Assembly: GCA_965637545.1 (NCBI GenBank)
Contig: OZ281494.1
Span: forward strand, 12,834,001 to 12,898,000
Reading direction: 5' to 3'
Source of the DNA: Phallusia mammillata
Lineage: Eukaryota
Length of the DNA: 64,000 nt
Positions 48,801 to 60,012 of this stretch are shown here, piece after piece. The notes below the pieces were generated by a model. The model had not been told where the DNA came from, made no database searches, and was given only the letters and a program-made list of their open reading frames with translations. How positions within the stretch are numbered: the first letter of the stretch is position 1; each line of letters opens with the position of its first letter. The translations under genes and the position numbers were made by a program.

Positions 48801-51800
48801 AGTTGTAATTGTTTACGCAGCGTTCTTGTACGATACTCACGTGAAGCGTGACTTTCTACACTGTTGCTCTACATAGCTTGGTAAGGATTGTGTATGACGT
48901 CATAATGGCATATTGTGGTCTCATGTTTTATTGTGTATTTAGGTGTGTGATAGTGATTTCTGGGATCGCCCATGTTATTTGTTTTCTTCCGGTTCCCATA
49001 ACAGTTGGTGAGCTTAAAGTTACATTCCTACATTTTAAGCGCAGTGCTAATGCCATGTCTTTGTAGAAACCGTTTCCTATTCGTTTCTATCGCCTCCCAC
49101 CGTCCTCTTCATTCTTCATTGAAAGTGTTTGAATATAAGATCTACAAAACACCCTATCTGTGTGGACTGCGTGTTGGAGACCTTTAGGAATCGCGTTTCA
49201 ATCCCCCCCTCGTGTGACGTTCCGCGCTGTAACCGGGGCGCGTTCACGGGACGTTACAGTTTTAAACCAATTTGTATAATTTTTGAAGACATACGGCATT
49301 GCACATGTGTTTTGGTTTGAATGGTATTATTGACAAGTTTAACAAAATCCGACCTGGTACACCAAGGGCAGATCCCAATGATAAAGAGTGACCATTGGTT
49401 TGATGTTGGCAGCGAGAAGAGCGTCAATTAAACGATTGTAGTAATCCACAGCGGCAGGGTTGATTCCATCCGATACGTTACCGGTGGGAACCATTCGCGG
49501 CCAAGATAGAGAGAATCTAAAAGAAGAAAATAATCATTCTTTGAAATCAACCTCTAACAATTCCAATTCAGGATTGCTACTTAAAGTTATACAATAAATA
49601 AATCTACCTGTAATATGACACACCAAGGCTCTTTAATAGCGCCACGTCAGTGTCAATTTTGTTGTAACTGTCACAAGCGACGTCACCGTTTCGTCCATCC
49701 TAAATCAAAACAGACAGCATTGTTTACAAAAATCTATTCACATTACAAGGATTGCAATAGCTTGCAAGTTTTTTGATGTAAAGGCGACTTTTTAGTTTGC
49801 TAACAGACATCGCTTACAGCAACCAGTCCCGGAGTGTGAGATGTTTTGTCCCAAATTCCAACAGCTTTTCCATCACTTCGCCAACCTCCTTCAATCTGAG
49901 TAACGTTTATTGAAATATATTTCAGTAATGATTTTATTTAACTATCCAATTAGTTTTTATTCTTAACAAATCCGATTAAACCTCTGTCCGAACTAGAAAC
50001 ATGTGTTTATACACTAGACCAGTGGTTCCCAACGAGGGCCCATGGCCCCCCAGGGGTGCCACGAGCTGTGTTTCGGGGGGCCACGGGCGTAGATTCACAA
50101 GAAACACCCACTAAACGTCACTTTTACTTTTACTTTATTTCCAAATTTAATCGACTATTTCACGTACTATTTGTTTATAGTGAGGTTTATCACGCTCATT
50201 TACTCTATTAGACTAATTGTTTAGGGCCAAAATTAATACCGCATTCCAACGCGAGATTGCTATCTAACTTAAATTTTAGGGGGGCCACAGGTCCTACATG
50301 ATAACTTGAAGGGGGCCACGAGGCCAAAAAGTTACTTTAAGGGGGCCATGGTCCACGAAAGGTTGTGAACCACTGCACTAGACTTTCTATGCGAACGTAC
50401 TTGGTATGATGACGTAGCAACTGCCCAAATAAAGTCGGGAGGGAATTCCCCTACCAAACGTTCGTCGCGCTCCAAAGGAGGAAATCCGTTTTCTCGAATC
50501 ACTTGGCTAGAAAAAAAGAGTCCAACAATAAAGCAAAGAGCGTTTTTTTTTCTTGTCGCTTTCCACAGGATTATTATTCAAGGCAAACTGATTCGCTTAC
50601 TTGTAAAAGATAGATGATCGCCTCGGTGTTCTTGGTCGTGCTGGGTCGTTGAAATCAACACGGAACAAACCATACTTTGCGCTGTAACCTACATTCCATT
50701 CAAACGTGTCCAAAAATGACAGGGCAGAATAACCACGGACATCAACTCCGTCAAGGGTGTGAGCTGTAAACATTCAGAAGTGCTAAATCATAATCTCAGA
50801 AGGTTAAAAGTTGTAATATAAGTTTGGGTCCACCATATTCAACCCACCTTTCAAAGCTTCGTTGATGTTGGATTTAAAGAACATTACTCTTTCTTCGTCG
50901 TCCAAAGTTGGGTCGGTACTTCCCACGCCGTTTTCCATAATGTATATAGGAGGGCTTCCATATTCCCTGTCGATCCAGTTTAGTAAACGACGCAAACCCC
51001 ATGGAACAATTTGCTGCCAAGAGGGATAGGCTGTTGTGGTGCCAGGAATCGGGACCTGAGAAATATTAATGTGCTTCAAATTAAAGATTGACGGCATTTG
51101 CGACTGAAAAATACTTTTTTTAAAAGACTTTTCATGTTTGTTACTATTACTAGCTGTATCAGTATTTTCACGGCATCTGACACAATTCACAATTAACGCC
51201 TTGTAAAAAATGCCCACACAGGTTTTGCTTTATCGTTTGCAGCTTGAACTACAATGTTTTGGCGGTCTGTGGTTTTACAGATTTGCAGATTACTGAAACC
51301 CAAACCTCATTTGTATCTCGGTCATTTTTGTAGTTTGGAGTTGATGAATCTTCTAGCTGATGATTAACGAGTCGCGAAGTGTAACTTGTTACGCCAAAAA
51401 AGTCGTAACTTCCCCGAATTTCTCGCTTTTCAGCTTCGGTGAAAACCGGCAATCGAGATTGGGCCAAACCTAAAACGTACAGAGATTAGCAAATGTTTTT
51501 TGACATAAAACTAAAGCATATGTGGCAAACCTTGCAAGGCGCTCTTGTCTGACACCTGCTTTTTAACAATCTCAGGGTAATCTCCGTTCTTGCAAATCGG
51601 ATGAGCGAACCAGCCAAGACGAGACTTCAATCAAGAAGAGAGTTTTATTTTATTCGGTCACAAAAATATGAATATTCCCCATACAACACTTGTTTTTAAG
51701 TTGAACCGTATGTACTGAAATATTATGTTTTTATTTTCTGACTTTAATGACATTAAAAATCAGAGTTACTAACTATTTTCTGCATTTCACTGTAGTCAAT

Positions 51801-54800
51801 CATACCTGTAGCATTCTATCAGCAGCTGCCACATCATCTTGACTATTTTGGTCTTTAGGTTCGGCCCAATCGCTACTCATAGTTATTCCAACTTTTCCAG
51901 CTTGCAAATTCTTGTAATCACTCTCGTAAAGTCTATAGGCCCTTGCATGTGCCCTAATGATGCTGTGGGCACACAGGTACGGTGTCGTACCCGGTGCGTC
52001 GGATGTTCCAGGAGCAAAGACGCCCACTCCGTTACTGCGCAATCAAGCACATTGCAAATAGAGTTTCATACACAGACGTTTTGTTACTCACCCAAACCAA
52101 CAAGTCATGTAAGGTTCGTTGAACGTGATCCAAACCTTAACCCTGTCTCCGAATGTGTTAAAGCAAAAGTCCGCGTAGTTTACAAAATGTTGAATGATGC
52201 TGTCGTTTTGGAAACTTCCAACGTCTTGCAAGGTCTGCCAAAAAAAAAACAATTCATAAAGGATTCTAGTAATTAAACTAAAGTTCTTTGGGTAAAGTTT
52301 AAAATGTGTTTTGTTTGCCGTATGTGAGGTACAAACCTGTGGCAAATCCCAATGATAAAGTGTAACTATTGGTTCGATTCCCCGATTAATTAAAGAGTTG
52401 ATCAGTTGGTTGTAATAATCAACACCAGCTTGGTTCAGATTGGCGTTAGTTCCATCAGGAAATATTCTGGTCCATGCGATTGAAAACCGATAGTGACTCA
52501 CGCCAAGCATTTTAAGAAGGTTTACATCTTCAGCAATCTGAATAAAAAACGAATTATGTCGGAACTTTGTGACAATAAATGATAAACACCGTTAAAATTA
52601 CTTTGTGGTAGCTATCAGCAGCAACGTCTCCAGTTTGGTTTGTAAAAATGTTGCCCGGAGTGTGTACAAATCTGTCCCATATACTTTCACCCTTGCCGTC
52701 TGCGTTCCAAGCTCCTTCGATCTAAAACATTCATTAGGAACAAATTGTGACGAGTTTTCGTTTGAAAAAATAGTTAAGCTAGTTCACCTGATAAGCTGAG
52801 GAAGATACACTCCAGGTGAAGTCTTCAGGAAAAGTCCCGTAGTAGAACCGATCTCTTGCGATTGGTAGCACAGCATTAAATTCCTGCGTGTCAATATATT
52901 TTGTAATAAGCGTAGCAGTTCTGTTTTCTTGTTAACTATACGTTCCTTGTAACTATGGGTAAGTTTTAGCAATACTGTTGTATATGGCGAAAACCAAAAT
53001 TTTAGGTTCAAATCTTATTGACGTCATTTTTCAAGTAACTTATATGGATAACAAATTTCAAACCTTCCAAACAGAAATGCTTGCGGTAGATGGGATGGTC
53101 GACGCCTCTAGTTTAGTGAAGCTGGATCCCGATGAGGCAACGAGATTTCTTTGTGATGAAGGTGTGGGTTGCATTGACGGCTGGCCAGTTACAAATCCGT
53201 TTCTGCTTACCACACCTTGGTAGAATGTCGCTGAACTTTTGGGAGTTCTCGGTCTAAACGTAAAACAATGCAAATAAAATAAAATAACTTTTTCTAGATT
53301 TTCGCAGTTCATTATGTTGGAATTTTGCTTTTATTTTTTCAAGGTAGTTGTTTACTAACTATATCTGTGTCGAAATACGTTAAACTTGGCCAATGACAAC
53401 ATTATAAATTATTGCACCTGTCAGGATCGTTGAAGTCAACGTAATGTAAACCAGCTCTTCTGGTATAACCGTGTTCCCATTCAAAACTGTCCAGCAGCTG
53501 GGCATAAAAACCTCCAACAGAAACAGATTCCCGATATTGAGCTGAAAACAGAAACATGTTTTGGTAAAATTGGAAAGCTCTATTATTTCATTCACAATAA
53601 AGCGTGCCCGTAACTCCATTTGTATGATGTCTATTATATGATCTCGGTGTAAAAGCAGGTTCCTTTATAAAGTTTCAAAGCTGGAAAGATTTTCCTTATG
53701 GGTTGAATATTAACTCAACTTAACAAACCCGCCAAATTTAGCATAGACCTTATCCAATTTTTTAGTGCAGTAGTTCTCAAACTGTGCGTCGTGACGCCCT
53801 GGTGCGTCGTTTCAATTTTCCAAGGGCGTCGCAGAATAGTTCCGTTTCGTGGCTTTTGGTGGTTGTATCAATAAACACAACTTTCATAATCAGTTTCCTC
53901 ATTAACTTTTATTTGCTGGTGCGTCGCAAGACCAGAAAACTTTTCCAGAGGCGCCGCAAGAAAAAAAGTTTGAGAACCACTGGTTTAGTGATATAAACAA
54001 CTTACCCTTCAACATTTCGTTTAAATACGACTTGTAATACTCCTTGCGATCCCTATCGTCAACCAGTTGCGTGACGTCATCGGTTGCGAACCCGGGATCG
54101 TACACTACGATAGATGACATCATCACGGTCGGTGATGACGATGGCAAGACGTAAAAAGCGTTTGTGAGATAAAGCAGGCGACGAATTGACCAAGAAACCG
54201 GGGCCTTCGTTGGGTCAACTCCCTTTAGGGGCCAACTGGGGTCTTTGGACAAAGCTACGTCCTGATAAGTAAAAAATAAAGTGATGCTGAAAAAGGGGTC
54301 TTGCGTTTTATTAATGTATTTGAACTGCCTACAAAGTTTCCTACCTGGTGTGTCAAATAGTGTTGTGGTAATGCTGAGTTATTGTGGTATGCGACAAGTT
54401 GTGCAGTGCCAGGTATTAGGATGAAGTAATCGGCAGAACCTTGGATACAAAACCATGTGTTGGTTGCGGTATAGTTGGATGTTTAGAAGGAAACAATTTT
54501 TCTAGAAGAATTTATCTAACGATGGTTTACAACTAGGAGCCAAGAAAAAAGAATTGGTATTTTACAGTCACTCATACATATATTTGCATTTTTACCTTTA
54601 ATTCGAGTTTTTTCATCTACGGAAAGCGTTGGAAGGTAGCTGGCTCCCGGAGCTGACTTGCTAGCTACTTGGTCTTTCATAATCTGTGGGAAATCGCCGT
54701 TTACGAATACCGGGTTTGCGAAAAATCCGAGTCGAAATTCCAAAGCTCGAATTGCCGCGTCAACGTCCTGCTGTGAGGTGGCGTCAGCAGGTTCATACCA

Positions 54801-57492
54801 GTCGGAAGAAAGGGCGATTGATACCTTAAAGAAGTAATACTCATAAGATAGGCAAAATTCTAAAACCTAGTATACTTTGTGGCCTTGTGCTGAAATATAA
54901 ATTGCCTCACTTACTCTTCCAGCTTGTGATGAACGATAGCGGTTGTTGTAAATCTGCCAAGCTGCAGAGTGCGCTAATAACAAGTTCTTTCCAACTTTAT
55001 ATGTGTCGCTTTCCGGTGAATTCGAGCCTTGAAAGAGTCGAATTAATCCCGTTTTAAAAAGTTTTTTGTAAGGATACATTTTAAATGCAAGTTTGTTTCG
55101 GCAATTAACGCTGTGTTACCTGGTGGATGTTTCCCGCTTCCATAACCCTTCCACGCCACTGTATAGGGATCGTGAATCGTCACCCAGTCCTTTACGCGAT
55201 CGCCAAATGTGTTGAAGCAAAAGTTGGCATATTGCTCGAACCAGCTTCGAGATTTAGAATTGAGCCAACCTGAAAAACGACTATTTCGTCATTGTTTGTT
55301 GTAAATTGTCATTGTTTTTGTTATTCTTTTTTGTTGTAAAGTTATACTATTTAGATACTGCCTTATCTGTAAATTTGGCTTATTTTGAACTTTGAAATCT
55401 CCGCGCTTATAAGCACTGTCGTAACACTCTGAAAAAATGATAAAAAACAATTCGACTCACCTCTGAGTTCAGCTAACACCAAGGGCATGTCGAAATGGTA
55501 CAACGTCACTACGGGGGTAAACCCCCTCGAAATAAGTTTATTGATGACGTCATTGTAGTGGTCGACCGCCATTTGATTTGCTTGTTCGGTTCCGTCGACG
55601 TTTCCGTTTGGAAAGATGCGTGACCATGACAACGAGAATCGATAATGAGAAGTACCGAGACCCGCTAAAAGCTAAAGTAAAAGTGTATTAAGGTGCATGC
55701 GGATTTCGGCTCCTAATGTGCAGATCTAATCCATTCGTTACCTTAAATAAGAAAAATAGGTATGTTATTTGATTTGTTTTACATTATTTGTTTATGAGAT
55801 TCAATTGTTCTTGTCGCTTATACTTCTATTTCGTCTCCTGTGCGTCATATAAATTTACTAATTAGAAATTGTTCTGCGCTTTGGCGTTTAATCAGGATAT
55901 TTCATAACTAGTGGTATTTAGCTAGTGACAAGTTTTTAATAAAAAACAAATATGACATTTACCTGTGCGTCATATAAAGTCTTAAAGTAGGAATCTGTTG
56001 CCACATTTCCAGTCGACAAGCTGGAATTGTCATCAACTATACTTTCTTGTACGTGATTCGCTTTCATGAAATCTGATACTGGAATCGTTCCTGACGTTTG
56101 TGTGAAGTTATCCCACAAACTTGGACCTGAAAAACAAATGGGCATTTGTCACATACCATTTCGTTGATTCGGTGAAAATTAAATTGCGTATACGAGTTGC
56201 TTTACCTTTTCCAAACTTTTTCCATGCTCCTTCAGTCTGATAAGCAGATGACCCAGCTCCCCACACAAATCCATCATCAAATGTTCCTTCAATAAAGTCG
56301 TTCGTGTCATTGTTGCTTCTGTAAACAACACAAAATTATGACGCACATTAATCTCAATTACCAGTACCTAACAAGTCTGGTTGAGGAGTAAACGTGCTTG
56401 GTCGACCCTTGATGAACTTTAATTTGGGGTTCGGCAACCTTAAACACGCCGCCTGCCAAACTGCTTGTTACGTGATAATGACGCGTGCAAGGAGTCACTG
56501 ATCCCTGCTGCAATGGTATTGTTTTACGAATGTCGCCAGCGTTGTAAATAACCGGCAATTTTTAACATGTTATAATGCCATTTTGACTTGATTTAACGAA
56601 TAAAGATGTACTAATACAGAAATTGTCCTGATCCACGGGTGCTTAACATACGATTCTAGTTATATACATTGACATTACTTAGCTGACAAATTCAGTCCAC
56701 CCAAATCAGTCTGTGTATTTTTGATTGCAAACCACTGCGGATATCGACTTCGCCCGAAAATATGGCACTACATTTCTAAACAAGAAATAAATCACGATAT
56801 AAAATGTAAATAATAAATCCGCAGTGGTTTGCAATAAGAAATACACAGAATGGTTTGAGTGTGCTGAGTTTGTCAGCTAAATAATGTTGCTTTAACGAAG
56901 TCATATGCGGAACTTTATAAAGGCATGTCGCCACTGTACAATACCTTGACCAGAAATATTGCCAAGGTTCCGTTGTGTCGCGAACTTGGCTCGATTCTAA
57001 AAACATGTTGAGTTATGTCGGATTTTGTAGCTGTGGTTAACCATGCCATTTAAATAGAACTACTCGTGTAAGACAAAGTGTTCGTTATAGACACGTTTTT
57101 TCTCTAAAAGGATTTAATGAAGATTATCAGCAATGCAAATTGGCGGCTGATGCCCTTTCGACAGTTGTGTAGTTCAAAACCGGTCAAACTTGTTATGCAT
57201 CCAACTATTAAACTGCTTGTGTTTGCAAACCTCTAATGCAGCAAAATACAGTGTTAAAAGAGTTCATACAATACAGGAATTATGTTTTTACGTTAAGTTT
57301 TACGTTAATTTTAAAATATTTTGAGGTATACCAGTGCAGATGGAACACTTTAATAACGAAGCGAGGGATTAACGTTGTTTTTGCTACAAATATCGTTCAT
57401 TCAAACTTACCGACAGCATTTGACCAAACGACAATTTCCACCAGAACCAAAGACAGGAAACATTTCAATTCTGACCCACCACCAGCCAGCAT
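45872..57492 (-). CDS. LCT: Lactase-phlorizin hydrolase-like protein, copy 2 (tandem paralog, same exon structure)
   Basis: Signal exon 57411-57492 ([27 protein letters not shown]). Domain 1 WVTIHDP and IVVYDPG; domain 2 WITFNEP and IYIMENG; domain 3 [14 protein letters not shown] and [10 protein letters not shown]. Last exon 45872-45900. Exon boundaries match copy 1 wherever checked. Confidence 0.92.
48481..49258 (-). mobile_element. Probable solo LTR (Gypsy-like), ~778 bp, in LPH copy 2 intron
   Basis: On the minus strand it begins TGTAACGTCCCG and ends CTAGGTTACA (TGTAAC...GTTACA inverted termini). A TATA run is followed ~40 nt later by AATAAA near the 3' end. Flanks GTGT/GTTT could be a 4-bp TSD with one mismatch. 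The equivalent intron in copy 1 is only ~115 nt. Confidence 0.55.
50020..50375. mobile_element. hAT MITE (Buster/Charlie-type), 356 bp, in LPH copy 2 intron
   Basis: TIRs CAGTGGTTCCCAAC / GTTGTGAACCACTG (13/14). Perfect TSD CACTAGAC. Internal GGGGGCCA repeats. Confidence 0.92.
53768..53982. mobile_element. hAT MITE (Buster/Charlie-type), 215 bp, in LPH copy 2 intron
   Basis: TIRs CAGTAGTTCTCAAACT / AGTTTGAGAACCACTG (15/16). TSD TTTTAGTG / GTTTAGTG (7/8). Internal G(T/G)CGTCGC repeats. Confidence 0.88.
56672..56887. repeat. Degenerate inverted repeat (old MITE-like hairpin) in LPH copy 2 intron
   Basis: Arms 56672-56742 and 56817-56887 (~70 bp, ~85% identical, e.g. TTAGCTGACAAA...CTGTGTATTT...ATTGCAAACCACTGCGGAT). 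TSD not resolved. Confidence 0.75.
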
Positions 57493-60012
57493 ATTTGCTG
57501 GTTAAAAATCCTGAAACATATATAGACATAAAACTAATAACAGTAACCTAAGTCCAATTCAAAATTACCAAAATATGACTGTTCTGCACTGAAAGATACA
57601 ACTAAATTTTAACATTATTTTGTAATATAGTTGAAAATTTGATCTTGCAAATCCAGTTGGATTAAAATACAATGGTAACTGCAACCACGTCAAGTTAAAT
57701 GCAAACATGAAGTGAATATAAAGTGCCATTTTTTGAAACATTACTCATTTGCAAACAAATCATTTGCTCTAAAAGCGTAAATTAAATCACAGCGGGTTTT
57801 TATTGCAAACGACATAATCTGTCTACTTGCTAATGCTAAACGAAAATATCGTTGTTCAATACAATTTTTAGCCTCCGGTCGAACTAAATAGACGCAAATC
57901 TTTGCAATAGTAGCGTTGATGTAAGGTCTTTTATGGCTTTGTCTGTCTGTCACAAAGTATTCGGGGTCGTGTGCTGAGTTGCCACTGTGTTAGTTTTACA
58001 TCTTAATCTGCAGGGTCGAGGCCAAGGGCCAGTCGCGGGTACAGTTTTTCAGTGTACAGCAAAAGACTTCAATCAAAAGTCAACTTATTAAACCCTGCAA
58101 AATAACGAAGCACTCCTATCCGCAGACCGCTAACTCACACCACGGTATTCGAGTCTGTTGATTTTATCGACCAGTAGTCGATTGCCAAGCAGCGCCGGAA
58201 GCCATTCTTTACAAAGTCGTTTTGCAGCTCAGTGATGTAGTTTTTATTTATTTTTTTGCACGTCAACTTGCTCGAACTGGTTTGTTTGCTCTTCTCGTTT
58301 TAGCCATAAGACATGAAGCAAAATATCATTACAACTCCAAAATAATTTTAAAGTACGTAAAGCCATTGTCTCTTCAAGACTGGCAAAACGCCAAACCTAA
58401 ATGAGGGTTTCACGTACATGCTTATTTTTTGCAGAATTTTGTTAGACGTTTCGTCGTTGGAGATTCATGCAACAGGTAACCACATGTCGCTTTGTTATGC
58501 ATTTTCCTTTTTTTATTACCAATCTTGCCAAGAATACTGAAAAAAACTTATAGCACACACCCATTCCTACAATTTGCTGGGCGTGTATAAACAATTTTTG
58601 CACGCTATTAACGATTATAAAATGCCAAAGGCATCACGTGTTTGCAATGATTATTATTTTTCAATGAATCATGGTTGCATCCATTTGAGCCGATGTCATG
58701 ATCATGATTTTGAAATGGTCCATTTCTAAATTCATTGAAATTTCTGAGTATATTTCGTTACGCAAACAAATTTTTCATGCTTTTAGCACGAATGCTTTGA
58801 CCGTCACGAGTTTCTAACGAGATTTTCTGCAATCAACAACAAGCCGAAAGTCGTCCCTTCCGCTCGTGATTAATCATTGGATTTAACCTTGACATCATTG
58901 GCCGCTTTGTTGCACTTAAAAGATCAACTCTGGTGTCATCAATTTTTTTGGACCGATATGAGTTTTTGACATCAGTTATTTGACCATGTTGCTGAATTAG
59001 AGCCATTTCACTTTAGATATTTACTCAGAAAACAAGTATTCGAAAGGGCATGATCTTGGAAAATGCGTGATTTTAGATCATGACTTTCTAAAGTTCAAAA
59101 TCTTGTTTCTAATTATTTGTTGTTAATGTGTTTATATTTATCAAATACTGTTAATACTGTCTTTGTTTTTGCATCCCTAAAAAAAGAATTCACACAACAT
59201 ACGCCGCCACGCGAGTATGCTCGTTGCAGAGCAAAGATGCCCCGGGCAATTTCTTAACTTCGCTTGTGATTGGAAAACGTGAATTTTGTTTTTATGCTTG
59301 CTTTGATTAAGAGTTGTACGTTTACCTAAATTACTTGCTGCAGTATCTTTTTGCTAAATTCAAAAAAGTTTATCGAATAGCACAAAAAGTTGAATCGGCA
59401 AATACGTATTCTATTTCCGCAAGAGTTATACTTACTTTGATGCTAATAACTGTGTGTTTTAGTAGTAGTAACAATCAGAGCAATGAATATTTTTCCTAAA
59501 GTAGAAATTTTTACATGAGGTCTATTTAAATAAAGCTACGAGCAGTATAAGGTATGCTAACCAACAGACAGTAACTTCAGTTTTGGTTTTTCATGAAATC
59601 ACTTACCATTCAATTAGACACGGACCATCACATCCGAAAATTGGGTCCTTTACACAATAAGGGTTTTATGCGGAATTTCGTTAGATTCCTCTATTCTGCA
59701 GTCTGGTTGTTAAGCGCATACGTGGTCAGAAATCTTTCATATACTTTTGAGGTTTATGGTATTTTACTTGACCTATAAGTAATGGAGCGCTTGTGTCGAT
59801 GAATTCAGGCTTGTTCCTTTGTAATGATTTAAATAAATAGTGTGCATTATTGTGCAGAAAAGTTACAGTCTTTTAGTTAAAAGTCTGGAAGACAATGCTT
59901 GCTGATTGGAAAACTTACAGCAGCAAGTAAGTAAAGTGTGTTAGTCATGATTTGACATACTTTTTAAATTCCTATACTAACTTGAAAATTAATTTTATTA
60001 AAGGCTCGATAG

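Noticed and set aside
32785-54000. Many plus-strand ORFs over the LPH genes, and minus-strand ORFs over MED6 and B4GAT1
   Set aside because: Antisense or off-frame shadows of real exons, or frames inside MITEs.
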